Shown piece after piece: positions 27,527 to 38,744 of a stretch of 64,000 nt of DNA. Each line of letters opens with the position of its first letter. Positions within the stretch are counted from its first letter, which is position 1. Source of the stretch: Candidatus Aminicenantes bacterium (GTDB taxonomy: Bacteria; Acidobacteriota; Aminicenantia; Aminicenantales; UBA4085); the NCBI GenBank assembly GCA_963783665.1, contig CAWANZ010000007.1, forward strand, positions 156,793 through 220,792, read 5' to 3'. A model generated the notes under the pieces. The model worked only from the letters and a program-made list of their open reading frames with translations, was not told the origin of the DNA and did not search any database. A program made the position numbers and the translations under genes.

Positions 27527-29910
27527 ATGCTTTATGGCTATATGAAGTCAACGTTGCGGCATCTGGCCCGGCACCGGTTTCATTCGATCCTGAACATCCT
27601 CGGCCTGGCCGTGGGCCTGGCCAGCAGCCTGTTGATCTTTCTCTACGTCAAATACGAACGGAGCTATGACCGGTTCCACGCGGGGGCTGAAGATATCTAC
27701 CGGATCGTTAACCATCAGCCGGGAAATTCCGCCTCCGGGACGGAATGGTGGGTTGTCTCGCCGCACATCCTGGCCGAGACGTTGAGGCGCGAGGTTCCCG
27801 AGGTCGTCGACGTCGCCCGGATAACGCGAGAGCGAGTCGTCGTGCAAGTCGAAAACCGGCCGTTCATCGAAAAGAAATTCTTTTACGCCGACCCTGACTT
27901 CCTCCGGGTCTTTACCTTTCCGCTCGTTGCGGGCGAGGCGGCGACGGCCTTGTCCAAGCCCTTTTCCGTGGTGCTGACGGAATCGACCGCCGAAAAGTAT
28001 TTCGGGAAGGAGAATCCGATCGGCCGGGCCGTCCGGATCGGCGAAAACAGGGACTATCTTGTCACCGGCGTCCTCGCGGACGTGCCTGGGAATTCCCATC
28101 TGACCTTCGACCTGCTGGCCTCCTACAGCTCTCTCGATATCCTCTGGGAAGGGCGGAATGACTGGAAGACCGGCTGGTTCAATAATCCGTTCACAACCTA
28201 TCTCCGGCTGCGTCCCGGAACCGACCCCGGAGTCGTCGACCAAAAGCTTCAACGCTACTCGTTTGAAGGTTTTGGAAAGAATACGTATACCTTTCACCTC
28301 CAGCCCCTGACCGAGATCCATTTTCGGGGACACTACAACGGCGAGTTGGAGCCCAACGGGGACGTGAAATACCTTTATATCCTTTCGGCGATCGCCGCGT
28401 TCCTCATGATCATCGCCTGCTCGAACTTCGTCAACCTGGCCACGGCCCGCTCCTCCCTCCGGGCCAAGGAAGTCGGCGTCCGCAAGGTCGTCGGAGCCGG
28501 GCGCCCCCAGCTCATCGGACAGTTCCTGGGCGAGGCCCTGATCCTGGCCGGCGCGGCGCTGGCCGTCGCCGTACTGCTCGTTCTCCTCGGTCTGCCGACC
28601 TTCCGCCGCCTGGTCGGTTCGACGATTCCGCTGCGCACCCTGATCGAGCCCTCGAGCCTGTTGTTTGCGGTCGGATTTGCGGCGGGGATTGGGCTGCTCG
28701 CCGGCTTTTATCCGGCCCTGGTGTTATCCAATTTCCTTCCGGTCAAGGCCCTGAAGCGGAATCCCTCGGCCCGGACGGGGGGGCCACGCCGCTTCGCCAT
28801 ACGCTCGTCGTCGTCCAATTCGTGATCTCAACCACGCTGATCACCGGGTCCCTGATCGTCCGCGACCAGCTGGACTTCATGCGGACCAAGAACCTGGGCT
28901 ACCGGCGGGAGCATATCATCACCCTGAATTTTCGCGGCGATCCCGGGGTGTCCCGGAATATCGAGGCCGTGAGGCAGAGCCTGCGAACCAACCCCCGCAT
29001 CAAAGCGATCTCCGAATCGACGGGCCTGCCCAACCGCATCGGCTGGTCAAACCAGGCGGATTGGCAGGGCCGGAATCCCGAGGACAAGCCCTTCTTTTAC
29101 CGGTTGGGCGTGGACCGTCAATTTCTCGACCTTTACGGACTCGAGGTCGTGCGGGGGAGGGCGTTTTCTCCAAGCCCCGGGACGGATGAAAACAACGCTT
29201 ATATTTTGAACGAAACGGCCGTGAAGCGCCTGGGCTTGGCCGATCCGATCGGGCAACCCTTCGGGTTCTGGAAAATCGACGGGACGATCGTCGGGGTTAT
29301 CAAAGATTTCCATTTCGATCCGTTGAACGTTCCGATCGCCCCGCTGGGCTTGAATCTTGTGCCCGAAAGCCGCCGTAACACGATGTCGCTGAAGATCGAC
29401 GCGGCCGACGTTCCGCGGATGCTTGACGATATCAAGGCCGTCTGGAATCGGTATGCCGCGTACACTCCCTTTCAGTACGCCTTCCTCGAAGACACGCTGG
29501 ATGCGATCTATAAGAAGGAACAGAGCCTGGCCGAGGGTTTCGGCTGGTTCACGTTGATCGCCGTCTTTATCGCCGCCCTGGGACTCTACGGCCTGGCGTC
29601 CTTCTCGGCCGAGCGGCGGATCAAAGAGATCGGGATCCGGAAAATCCTGGGGGCGGATGTCCCCAGCCTTGCGGCCCTTTTGGCGGGGGATTTCGCCCGC
29701 TGGATCGCCTTGGCTGCGGTCCTGGCCGCGCCCATCGCTTATTTCACGATGAACGCCTGGCTGAGGACGTTCGCCTATCGGATTTCGCCGCCGCTTTCGG
29801 CGTTCCTCCTCTCGGCAGCGATCATCCTGGCGTCCGCGGCGCTGACCGTCAGCCGGCAGATCCTCAAGGTCGCAAACGCCAGCCCGGTCCACAGCCTTCG
29901 GCAGGAATAG
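27527..29910 (+). CDS. MacB/FtsX-family ABC transporter permease; frame break in a G7 run (28777-28783)
   Basis: Track ORFs 27527..28825 and 28822..29910 are the two halves. Reading the run as G8 gives ..ARTGGATPLRHTLVVVQFVISTTLITGS.., the canonical junction. There is no prefix domain and no ATPase. Confidence 0.8.
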
Positions 29911-29921
29911 CGGCCGGCCGC

Positions 29922-32495
29922 TTACTCGTAACGGAGGGACTTGACGGGGTCGGTTCGGGCGGCCTTGAGCGCCTGGAAGCTTACCGTGAGCTGGGCGATC
30001 AGGACCGAGAGAACGGCCGCCAGGAGAAAGAGCGGCAATCCCAGGCTGATGCGGTAGGGGTAATCCTGGAGCCAGGATTTCATCAAGAAATAAGCGACCG
30101 GCCAGGCGATGACGTTGGCCGCCAGAACCCATTTGGCGTACTCCTTGGAAAGGAGCGCCATGATGCCCGTCTCCGAAGCGCCCAGCACCTTGCGGATGCC
30201 GATCTCCTTGGTCCGGCGCTCGGCCGTGAAGGCCGCCAGGCCGAATAACCCCAAACAGCTGATCAGGATGGCCAGGTACGTGAAGACCCGGACGATGTTC
30301 ATTTCCCGCTCGACCGACCGGTACAATTGGTCGTAGTCGTCGTCCAGGAACCGATAAGAGAACGGAAATCCGGGATTGAACGCCTTGACTGTTTTTTCGA
30401 TATGGGCCAGGGCGTCGGGGACGGGCCCGGGATTTAGCCGGATGAACATATACCGGTACTTCTGCATGCTTTTATAGGTCGGGTCATAGTAAATGATGAC
30501 GGGCCCGATCTCCTGATTGACGGGCGTGAAGTGGAAATCCTTGACGATGCCGATGACCCGGAGCTGCCGTCCGGGCTGGGCGAGCCTGGCTCCGACGGCG
30601 CTGGGAAGGTTCATGATGCCGGCGAAACGCTCATTGATGAGCACGGATGTCATGGCGTGGCCCTCGACCGGAAGAAAGGACTCTCCCTGGGCCAGTTCCA
30701 TCTGGAACGTCTTCAGGAAATCGGGGTCCACGCCGAAGTACGTCACCAGGGGGTCGACATTGGGGTCGCGGCCGTCCCAGTCCCATCCGTGCCCGTTGTT
30801 GTAAATCCCGGTGGGCGAGTGGGACGAGGCGGTCACGCTGCGGATGCCCGGAAAACGGAGGATCTCGTTTTTCAGGGGGACGACGCTGTCGAGAAGCGGG
30901 CCTTCGATCGGGACATACAGGAGGTGCTCCCTGTCGAATCCCAGGCTCTTGTGCTTGATATAGCGGACCTGGCTGAAGATGACGACCGACCCGATGATCA
31001 GGACGACCGACAGTGAGAATTGAAGGACGACCATGACCTTGCGAAACACGCTCCCGGATGCGCCGGAGGCTTGGCCGCCCTTGAGGACGGCGGCCGGCCG
31101 GAACGACGATAAAAACAGGGCCGGGTAGCTGCCGCTCAGGAAGCCCGTGGTGAGGCAGATGGCCAGGATCCCCAGCATCATGGCGGGGTCGAAGAGATCT
31201 TTCAACGGAAGGGGCTTGGCCGCAAAATTGCGGAAGACGGGTAAAAACAGAATGACCAACGCCAATCCCAAGCCGAGAGACATGAAGGTGAAGATCAGCG
31301 ATTCGCCGAAAAACTGGCGCATGACCTGCGGCCGGCGGGCCCCGACGACTTTTCTCAAGCCCACCTCTTTCGCCCGGCGGGCCGAGCGGGCGGTCGAAAG
31401 GTTCATGAAATTGATGCAGGCGATGATCAGGATGGCGAAGGCGATCAGGGAGAAAACGCGGACGGCGGACATCCGGCCCCAGTCCTCGAGATAAACCTTG
31501 GCGAAGGGATAAAGGACCGGTTCGGAGATTTCCTCGGAATTTTCCCGGTGAATGCGGTCGAAGATTTTCTTGTTGAAGGCCTCGATATCCGTGCCCGGGG
31601 CCGTTTCCACGTAGGTCCGGAAGGCGAGATTGTACCAGGTGCCGGTGTACCCGGGCCGATTCCAACGGTTCGCATTTTCCAGCGGAGCCCAGATGTCGAA
31701 TTGAAGGCTGGAATTGTGGGGGATGTTCTTCATCACCCCGACGACCCGGAATTCCTCGCTGTTGTTCACCGTGAGGACCTTGCCCGCGGCCTGTTCGCTC
31801 CCGAAGATTTTAGCCGCGGCCCTCTCGGAAAGGACGAGGACGCGCGGATCCTCAAACGCATCTTCGATCCGGCCTTCCACGAAGGGAAAGGTGAAGATGC
31901 GGAAGATCTCCGGGTCCGCCATCTGGAAGAGCTCGCGGAATTGCCGGTCGCCATAGGCCAGGACGAATTGGCTTTGGCCGTTGTTGACCCGGGCGGCGTT
32001 CGCGACTTCCGGATATTCGGTCTTGAGGGCGGGGGCCAGGGCCGGGACCGATCCCGACATCTCGGAGACTTCATTGCCGAAATGAAGGATCGTGTGGACG
32101 GTATATAGGGAATCCAGCCTGTCGTGAAACCGGTCGGTTGAAAGCTCATCCCGGGCCCACAGGAGGATCAGGATGCAGCTGGCCATGCCCAAGGCCAGAC
32201 CGACGATGTTGATGAAGGAATAGCCTTTGTATCTTTGGATATTCCGAAACGCGGTCCTGAGATAATTTTTAAACATGATGCAGCTCCATTTGGCATTATT
32301 GACGATCGCCAGGATGACGAGAAGGAGGGTCTGCCATCGGTACCAGGCTCCGGCCCGCATCCCGTCGTATTCTCGGGCGAGATACCGGAAACGCTCCTCG
32401 AGGTCGCCCAACCGCGCCTCCCGCTCCTGTTCGTCCAGCGCCCAGGCGGCCAGGCGTTCGGCCGACGGAGGGGGCGGGATATGCGGGTCGGTCAT
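29922..32495 (-). CDS. MacB/FtsX-family ABC transporter permease with permease-prefix domain
   Basis: The track ORF runs to 32567. The likely start is ATG 32495 (MTDPHIPPPPSAERLAAWAL..), 10 nt after the PadR stop. It has two FtsX halves (EVGLRKVVGA, EIGIRKVLGAS). Confidence 0.85.
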   Translation of the reverse strand: MTDPHIPPPPSAERLAAWALDEQEREARLGDLEERFRYLAREYDGMRAGAWYRWQTLLLVILAIVNNAKWSCIMFKNYLRTAFRNIQRYKGYSFINIVGLALGMASCILILLWARDELSTDRFHDRLDSLYTVHTILHFGNEVSEMSGSVPALAPALKTEYPEVANAARVNNGQSQFVLAYGDRQFRELFQMADPEIFRIFTFPFVEGRIEDAFEDPRVLVLSERAAAKIFGSEQAAGKVLTVNNSEEFRVVGVMKNIPHNSSLQFDIWAPLENANRWNRPGYTGTWYNLAFRTYVETAPGTDIEAFNKKIFDRIHRENSEEISEPVLYPFAKVYLEDWGRMSAVRVFSLIAFAILIIACINFMNLSTARSARRAKEVGLRKVVGARRPQVMRQFFGESLIFTFMSLGLGLALVILFLPVFRNFAAKPLPLKDLFDPAMMLGILAICLTTGFLSGSYPALFLSSFRPAAVLKGGQASGASGSVFRKVMVVLQFSLSVVLIIGSVVIFSQVRYIKHKSLGFDREHLLYVPIEGPLLDSVVPLKNEILRFPGIRSVTASSHSPTGIYNNGHGWDWDGRDPNVDPLVTYFGVDPDFLKTFQMELAQGESFLPVEGHAMTSVLINERFAGIMNLPSAVGARLAQPGRQLRVIGIVKDFHFTPVNQEIGPVIIYYDPTYKSMQKYRYMFIRLNPGPVPDALAHIEKTVKAFNPGFPFSYRFLDDDYDQLYRSVEREMNIVRVFTYLAILISCLGLFGLAAFTAERRTKEIGIRKVLGASETGIMALLSKEYAKWVLAANVIAWPVAYFLMKSWLQDYPYRISLGLPLFLLAAVLSVLIAQLTVSFQALKAARTDPVKSLRYE

Positions 32496-32505
32496 AGCGG
32501 CGGCG

Positions 32506-32826
32506 TCAAACCAGCGATTTCTCGGGGATCGAGGCCCAGACGGCGTCCTGAACCTGGCGGATTTCAACCAGGGCCGCCCGACCCTCTGCGGTCAGCCTAT
32601 AGAAACTTTTAGGCCTTCCGCTGCGTTCCGGAGTCGATTCGCCTTGCCGTTTCCGGACATACCCTTTGCGGGTCAGCCGGTCCAGGGGGTCGTAGATCTG
32701 GGCAAAGGACCAGGGATTTCCGGTCTTCTCCTCAAGGAACTCCAAGATGGAGATCCCATAGGCTTCGTCCCCGAGGCTTAAAATGGCCAGGAGAATGAGC
32801 TCCTCGGCCCGGGAAATGAGATTCAT
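32506..32826 (-). CDS. PadR family transcriptional regulator
   Basis: MNLISRAEELILLAILSLGDEAYGISILEFLEEKTG..LTRKGYV..GRPKSFYRLT is a PadR winged-helix pattern. It lies directly upstream of the permease. Confidence 0.85.
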   Translation of the reverse strand: MNLISRAEELILLAILSLGDEAYGISILEFLEEKTGNPWSFAQIYDPLDRLTRKGYVRKRQGESTPERSGRPKSFYRLTAEGRAALVEIRQVQDAVWASIPEKSLV

Positions 32827-32969
32827 GCGGCCGCTCCTGGAATCCGGGATTTGCGGATCGTAATAACGGATTCCGATAATATATACGCGTATGAAAACAG
32901 AAAGGTTGCTTTTCCGCCGAGAAACGTTCGGGCTGGACATTCCGTATTGGACAAGGGAGAATACCGCCC

Positions 32970-35150
32970 ATGTCCAAACGAATTCTTGCCCTTCTCTTCA
33001 TCATAGTCCTGGCCGTCCCGTTTGCCGGAGCGAGGGATCAATATGAATCGGCGAAGGCTCTCCTCAAGCCGCTCAAGACCGACCGCCCCCCCGTGATCGA
33101 CGGCCTCCTGGATGATTCCGTCTGGTCGGAAGCCCCGAGCGTCACGGATTTCGAGATCTTCATCCCGGTCATGGGGAAGAAACAGCCCGAAAAGACCGTC
33201 ACGATCATGGCCTACGACCGGGAGAACCTCTACTTCGCCTTCCGCTGTTACGACGACCAGCCCGACAAGATCAAGGCCGCGGTTTCCCGGAGGGACGATG
33301 TCATAAACGACGACTTTGTTTGCATCAACCTGGATACGTTTAACGACCAGCAGTCCCTCTACGGCTTTTATGTCAATCCCCTGGGCATTCAGGGGGACAG
33401 TCGGTTCGCCAGCAACAAGGAAGATTTCAGCGTGGATATGGTCTGGTACAGCGCCGGCCGGATCGACGACAAGGGCTACGCGGTCGAAATGCGGATTCCG
33501 CTGAAAAGCATCCGCTATGCCGCCGGCGAACGGGTCGTCATGGCGGTCTTCTTCGAGCGGACGATCAACCGGCGCCAGGAACACGGGGCTTACCCGCCCT
33601 TGGATCCCGCGCGGGGGTATGCGTTCCTGACCCAGATGGCCCCGATGGAATACATCGGGCTGAAGCGCTATACCCTTCTGGAGCTTCTGCCGGCCTTCAC
33701 CTTCGGCCGCGGCTACGCCCGGAACGAAGGCGATCTTCGGCGCTCGCCGGATTCCAAGGACCTCAGTCTGACCGGAAAATTCGGGATCACGCCCAGCCTC
33801 ATCCTGGACGGGGCCATCAATCCCGATTTTTCCCAGATCGAAGCCGACGCCGGCCAGGTCGACGCCAACCTCCGGTACGACCTGTTCTTTCCCGAAAAAA
33901 GGCCGTTCTTTCTCGAAGGAAGCGAACAGTTCAATGTCGGAGCGACGACGACCGGCCCGCTTCAAGCCATCGTCCATACGCGGACGATCGTCGATCCGAA
34001 AGCCGGTTTCAAACTCAGCGGGAAGGTGGGCCTGAAGGACACGATCGCCTCGATTTTCGCCGTGGACGCGGCGCCGTCGGCCGATCCGGGATTCGCCGGC
34101 GACCCGGAAGATGCGACGTTCGCGATTTTCCGCTACAAGAGGACGACCAGCCAGGACGGCTACCTCGGCCTTTTTTACACGAGCCGGGCGCATGACGGCC
34201 GATCGAACCTGGTTGCGGGGGCCGACGGGCAAATCCGGGTCAGTAAAGCCGGAATGATGAGCTTCCACGGCTTCGGGTCCTCGACCCGGGCTGAAGAAGG
34301 CGGAGGAAGGACGGCCGGTCGGGCCCTCAGCCTGGAGTATTATCACGATACAAGCACGCTCGGCCTCAGCGCCTCGGTCCACGACATCTCCTCGAATTTC
34401 GAGACGGACTCAGGATACCTGACCCGGACCGGTTTGACCTCGGCCGTTTTCGCCGTCAATCCCCGCTTTTATCCCAAGGTCGCCTGGATCCGGCGGATTC
34501 AACCCGCCTTGGGGCTCACGATTCTCAAGGATCACGAAAGCGGCCTTTACGAAAGCGAGAAGTCCGTCGGGCTGACGGGCGTGCTCCAAGGAAATTCCAC
34601 CATCAATCTCCTCTGGGCAGACGCGAGCGAGATTTATCTTGGCCGCCGGTTTAAGACCGGCGGTCTCACGCTCGTCGGCCGCAACCAGTTGACCAAGAAT
34701 CTGCAGCTCAAGCTTACCTTCCGGACCGGCCAGGCCATCCGCTATGCGGCCGACCCATTCCAGGGATATGGCAAACGGGCTGCGGTTTCGGCCGTTTTTC
34801 AGCCGTCGGAAAACCTTAACCTGTCCCTGTCCTGGACGTACGCCGACTTGTTCCGGAGCTCGACGAAGGAAAAAATCTACGTCTACAATATTTATTGGGG
34901 GCGGTTGACCTACCAGGTCAACAAATATCTCTTCTTTCGGAGCATTGTCGAGTACAACGCCTTCCGGGGAGAGATGCTCACCGATTTTCTGGCTTCTTTC
35001 ACTTATATCCCCGGCACGGTGATCCATGTCGGTTACGGGTCGCTGTACGAGAAAACCGAATGGTTCGAAGGCGTCGACCGGCCCTCCGACCGTTTCCGGG
35101 AAGCCCGCCGCGGCTTCTTCTTTAAGGCCTCCTATCTCTGGAGGCTGTGA
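32970..35150 (+). CDS. DUF5916 / carbohydrate-binding family 9-like envelope protein
   Basis: Signal peptide, then PPVIDGLLDDSVWSEAP..LYFAFRCYD (CBM9-like). A long beta-rich C-terminal region ends in aromatic residues (..FFFKASYLWRL). Confidence 0.7.
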   Translation: MSKRILALLFIIVLAVPFAGARDQYESAKALLKPLKTDRPPVIDGLLDDSVWSEAPSVTDFEIFIPVMGKKQPEKTVTIMAYDRENLYFAFRCYDDQPDKIKAAVSRRDDVINDDFVCINLDTFNDQQSLYGFYVNPLGIQGDSRFASNKEDFSVDMVWYSAGRIDDKGYAVEMRIPLKSIRYAAGERVVMAVFFERTINRRQEHGAYPPLDPARGYAFLTQMAPMEYIGLKRYTLLELLPAFTFGRGYARNEGDLRRSPDSKDLSLTGKFGITPSLILDGAINPDFSQIEADAGQVDANLRYDLFFPEKRPFFLEGSEQFNVGATTTGPLQAIVHTRTIVDPKAGFKLSGKVGLKDTIASIFAVDAAPSADPGFAGDPEDATFAIFRYKRTTSQDGYLGLFYTSRAHDGRSNLVAGADGQIRVSKAGMMSFHGFGSSTRAEEGGGRTAGRALSLEYYHDTSTLGLSASVHDISSNFETDSGYLTRTGLTSAVFAVNPRFYPKVAWIRRIQPALGLTILKDHESGLYESEKSVGLTGVLQGNSTINLLWADASEIYLGRRFKTGGLTLVGRNQLTKNLQLKLTFRTGQAIRYAADPFQGYGKRAAVSAVFQPSENLNLSLSWTYADLFRSSTKEKIYVYNIYWGRLTYQVNKYLFFRSIVEYNAFRGEMLTDFLASFTYIPGTVIHVGYGSLYEKTEWFEGVDRPSDRFREARRGFFFKASYLWRL

Positions 35151-35281
35151 GCCGTTCCCTGCATCGTTTCGCCGTTTTCCTGATCTTTGATTGATCGTTT
35201 CCCCGGGATGAGCGATTCTCGGGCCGCGAGCGGCCTCCGTCGGCGGAGCCCGCTCCGGATTTCGATCAAGGGAAAACGACG

Positions 35282-37562
35282 ATGAATATGCGAATGACTT
35301 CCCGCCTCCTGATGATGATCCTGGCGGCCCTTTGCGGGCTCTTCTCCGGGCTCCAGGCCGGTCCGGGCGCAAGCCAAGCGGCCGCTCCGCAAACCAAATC
35401 TCCGCTCACCGTTCCGGAAACGGCCCAAACGATTAAAGTCGACGGCGTCCTCGATGAGGAAACGTGGGCTTCGGCCCTCGTCATCGAGCTTGGCTATGAA
35501 GTCGCGCCCGGCGAGAACGTCGCTCCTCCCGTCCGGACGGAGTGTCTCGTCATTTCCAATGCGAGCGCGTTGATGGTGGCGTTCCGCTGCTTCGATCCCC
35601 AACCGGAATTGATTCGCGCCCATTACTCCGACCGCGACCGGATCATGTCCGATGACCGGATCGTGTTCCTGCTCGACACGTTCAACGACGAGCGGCGCAA
35701 CTTCGAGTTCGCCGCGAATCCGCTGGGGGTTCAGGGAGACTACATTCGTCTCAACGAGAACCTGGACGCGAGCTGGGACGCCATCTGGGACTGCGCCGGC
35801 CGGATCGACGATCAGGGATACGTCGTGGAGTTTGTCCTTCCTTTCGATCAGCTCCGGTTCCGTAAAACCGAAGGCCCCCGGCTATGGGGTTTCGCCGCAT
35901 ACCGGATTTTCCCCCGAAGCGTCGAGCGCACCATCGGCGTCTTCCCGGAAGACCGCAACAACAATTCCCGCCAAAGCCAGATGATCAAGATCCAGGGATT
36001 TCCTTCGGCCGTCCCGGGCAATGCCGTGGAGATTGCGCCGACCCTGACCGCGGTCCGGACGGAGGACCGTCCCGATGGGCCGCGGGGCGGCTTCCAGACC
36101 CGGAACAAGGAGGCGGAGTTCGGATTGACGGCCAAGTGGGGGCTGACGCCGAACATGACTTTGCAGGGAACGGTCAATCCCGATTTCAGCCAGGTCGAAG
36201 CCGACGCCCAGCAATTGGACATTAATCAACCCTTCGCCCTCTTTTTCCAGGAAAAGCGACCCTTCTTCACCGAAGGCGCCGACTATTTCGAAACTCTGTC
36301 CAACGTCGAGATCGAGGGATTGCAGCAACCGATTTATACGCGGGCCATCCGGGATCCGCGGTGGGGATTCAAGCTGACGGGAAAGGAAGGGGCCAACACG
36401 TTCGGTTTGTACAGCCTGCAGGACGGGATCACCAATCTCGTCTTCCCCGGCCCCGAGCGCTCCTTTTCCGCCTCTCTCTCCTCCCCAACATTTCTTCGGT
36501 CTTGCGCTACAGCCATGACTTCGGCAACCGGTACACGATCGGGGCCCTGGCCACCGACCGGGAGGGGGACGATTACTTCAACCGCGTCTTCGGTTTTGAC
36601 GCGGATCTCCGGCTCGGCGAACAGGACCGGATCATCGCCCAGGCCCTGGGCTCGTCGACCCGATACCCGGGATCCCTGGGGGAAGTCGTTCGATCAGCCG
36701 GATGGCCCGTTCTCCGATATGATGTGGCTCGTCCATTACGTCCATAGCGCCCGCAATTACCGGTTCTTCGCCGACTACCAGGATGTAGGCGGCGATTTCC
36801 GGGCCGATCTCGGTTACATCCCCAAGGTCGGCTACACCAAGGCAGAAATCGGCGGGGGGCTGACCTGGTGGGGGGACGGAACCGGATTTCTCAACCGGGC
36901 CGTCATGAACACGTCCATTCGTCAAATGAAGAAAACAGACGGGAGCTTGATGCTGCGCACGTTCGAGATCATGGGTTACCTTCAAGGCCCGGGAAATACC
37001 ACGGTTTATTCCTACTTCGGCTGCTCGGGATCGCAATTACGAGGGCCAACGGCTTTACCAGGATTTCAAAGGCTTCGGCTTCGAGTCCAATCCTTCGGGC
37101 GCGCTTTCCCTGGGCGGCACCCTCGCCTGGGAGGATAAGATCGATTATGAGGCCGACCGCCCGGCTGCCGAATTTTTCTTCGCCCCCCGAATTTCCTTCA
37201 GTCCCAACCGGCACCTCAATCTGAACATGAATTACACATACCTGACCCTTGACGTGGAGGGCGGTCGGCTCTTCCGGGTCGAGGCCCTGGACACCTCGTT
37301 CGTTTACCAGTTCAGCCGAAAAATCTTCATCCGGGCCATTCTCCAGTATATGGACGTGCTTCGGAATCCGGCGCTTTACGCTTCGGTCACCGAGGAGCGG
37401 AGCAAAACCCTGTTCACCCAGCTTTTGTTTTCCTATAAGCTTAATCCGCGCACGGTCCTTTTCCTCGGATACGGCGACAACGCGAGGAGCGATCCGTCTC
37501 TCGGCCTGGTGAAATCGGACCGGACAGTTTTCCTCAAGCTCGGGTATGCCTGGACGATTTAA
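35282..37562 (+). CDS. DUF5916 / CBM9-like envelope protein, paralog of 32970..35150; three frame breaks
   Basis: The domain order matches the upstream paralog (IKVDGVLDEETWASA..MVAFRCFD..NPDFSQVEADAQQ). Breaks lie at a C4 run (36483-36486), a G5 run (36678-36682) and near 37020. The last frame ends ..VFLKLGYAWTI. Confidence 0.7.
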
Positions 37563-37598
37563 CCGCGGGCTGGGATATAATAATCCGCGGAAGCACAG

Positions 37599-38744
37599 GT
37601 GGAACGCCTCATGACGCATGCGAACCGAAGACTGGCCGTTTTAGTCCTCGTCGCCCTTGTTTCGATATTTCTTTCCAACATTTTCTTCCTGAGCGATACG
37701 CCTCTCGCGGGTAAATCGGGTTCCGGCAATCCCTCCGGACACTGGAGCAGGATTCTGGAACTGGTCTCCTGGTTTATCATCGCCACCCTCCTGCCCTGGG
37801 CGGCCCTGTTGGCCCTCATCCTCCATTTTCTTCGCCGGCGGCCCTGGACCGGTGATCGGCCGGCCCGCTTCATCCTTCTTCATTTTTCAGTTTGCTTTCT
37901 CTTCAGCCTGGGCCAGTTTCTCGTTCACGCCCTCATCGAGCCCGACTCCGGCCTCTATTTCGGCGATTTCACCTTCCGCCTGGTCCTCGGGCAAATCGAT
38001 TACCTCGGGCGGAACATTATTTTCTATGCGGCCGTCGTCGCCATCCATCAGGCCCTGACGTTTTTCCATCAGCTGCGGCAGAAGGACATCGACCATGCCC
38101 GGTTGGCCGAATCCCTGGCCGAAGCGCGCCTGAGCTCCTTGAAGATGAAATTCCAGCCGCATTTTCTGTTCAACGCCCTGCAATCGCTCAACGTTCTGAT
38201 CCTGGACCGGCAAATGGAGCCGGCTTCGGAAATGACGGTCCGGTTGGGCTCTCTCCTGCGCCGGTCCATCGACATGGATGACCGGCAATGGGTGAATGTC
38301 GCCTCGGAAATGGCCGCCGTCGGCGACTACCTGGCCATCGAGGAAATCCGGTTCAGGGACCGCCTCGAGGTCCGGACGACGGTTGATCCGGCCGTCCAAA
38401 AAGCCATGATCCCGGGATTGATTTTCCAGCCGCTGGTCGAGAACGCGGTGAAGCACGGTCTCGCCCGAAGCGTTGAGCCGGGAAAAATCGATATCGATGT
38501 TCGCCGGGAAGGGGACAAGCTCGTTCTCTCGATCCGCAATGACGGCCCGGGATTGCCCGAGGGGTGGGCGCTCGACCGGCAGACCGGATTCGGCTTGCGG
38601 GCGACGAAAAAGCGCCTGGAGCTGATGGTCGGACGCGATTTCACCCTCGAGGTCCGGAACGCTCCCGAAGGAGGTGTTCGGGCTTCGATCATTCTCCCTT
38701 ACGCCGAAGAGGTCCTCACCCTTGAGAAGGCCGGCCGGCCGTGA
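37599..38744 (+). CDS. LytS/YehU-type sensor histidine kinase
   Basis: Multi-TM N-terminus, then LKMKFQPHFLFNALQSL and LVENAVKHGL..NDGPGL..GFGL. Confidence 0.85.
   Translation: MERLMTHANRRLAVLVLVALVSIFLSNIFFLSDTPLAGKSGSGNPSGHWSRILELVSWFIIATLLPWAALLALILHFLRRRPWTGDRPARFILLHFSVCFLFSLGQFLVHALIEPDSGLYFGDFTFRLVLGQIDYLGRNIIFYAAVVAIHQALTFFHQLRQKDIDHARLAESLAEARLSSLKMKFQPHFLFNALQSLNVLILDRQMEPASEMTVRLGSLLRRSIDMDDRQWVNVASEMAAVGDYLAIEEIRFRDRLEVRTTVDPAVQKAMIPGLIFQPLVENAVKHGLARSVEPGKIDIDVRREGDKLVLSIRNDGPGLPEGWALDRQTGFGLRATKKRLELMVGRDFTLEVRNAPEGGVRASIILPYAEEVLTLEKAGRP

Noticed and set aside
32823-34382. A 519-aa minus-strand ORF, and similar ones at 34410..35372, 29047..30132 and 30631..31665.
   Set aside because: They are antisense to DUF5916 or permease genes and have no recognisable motifs. 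They are shadow ORFs.
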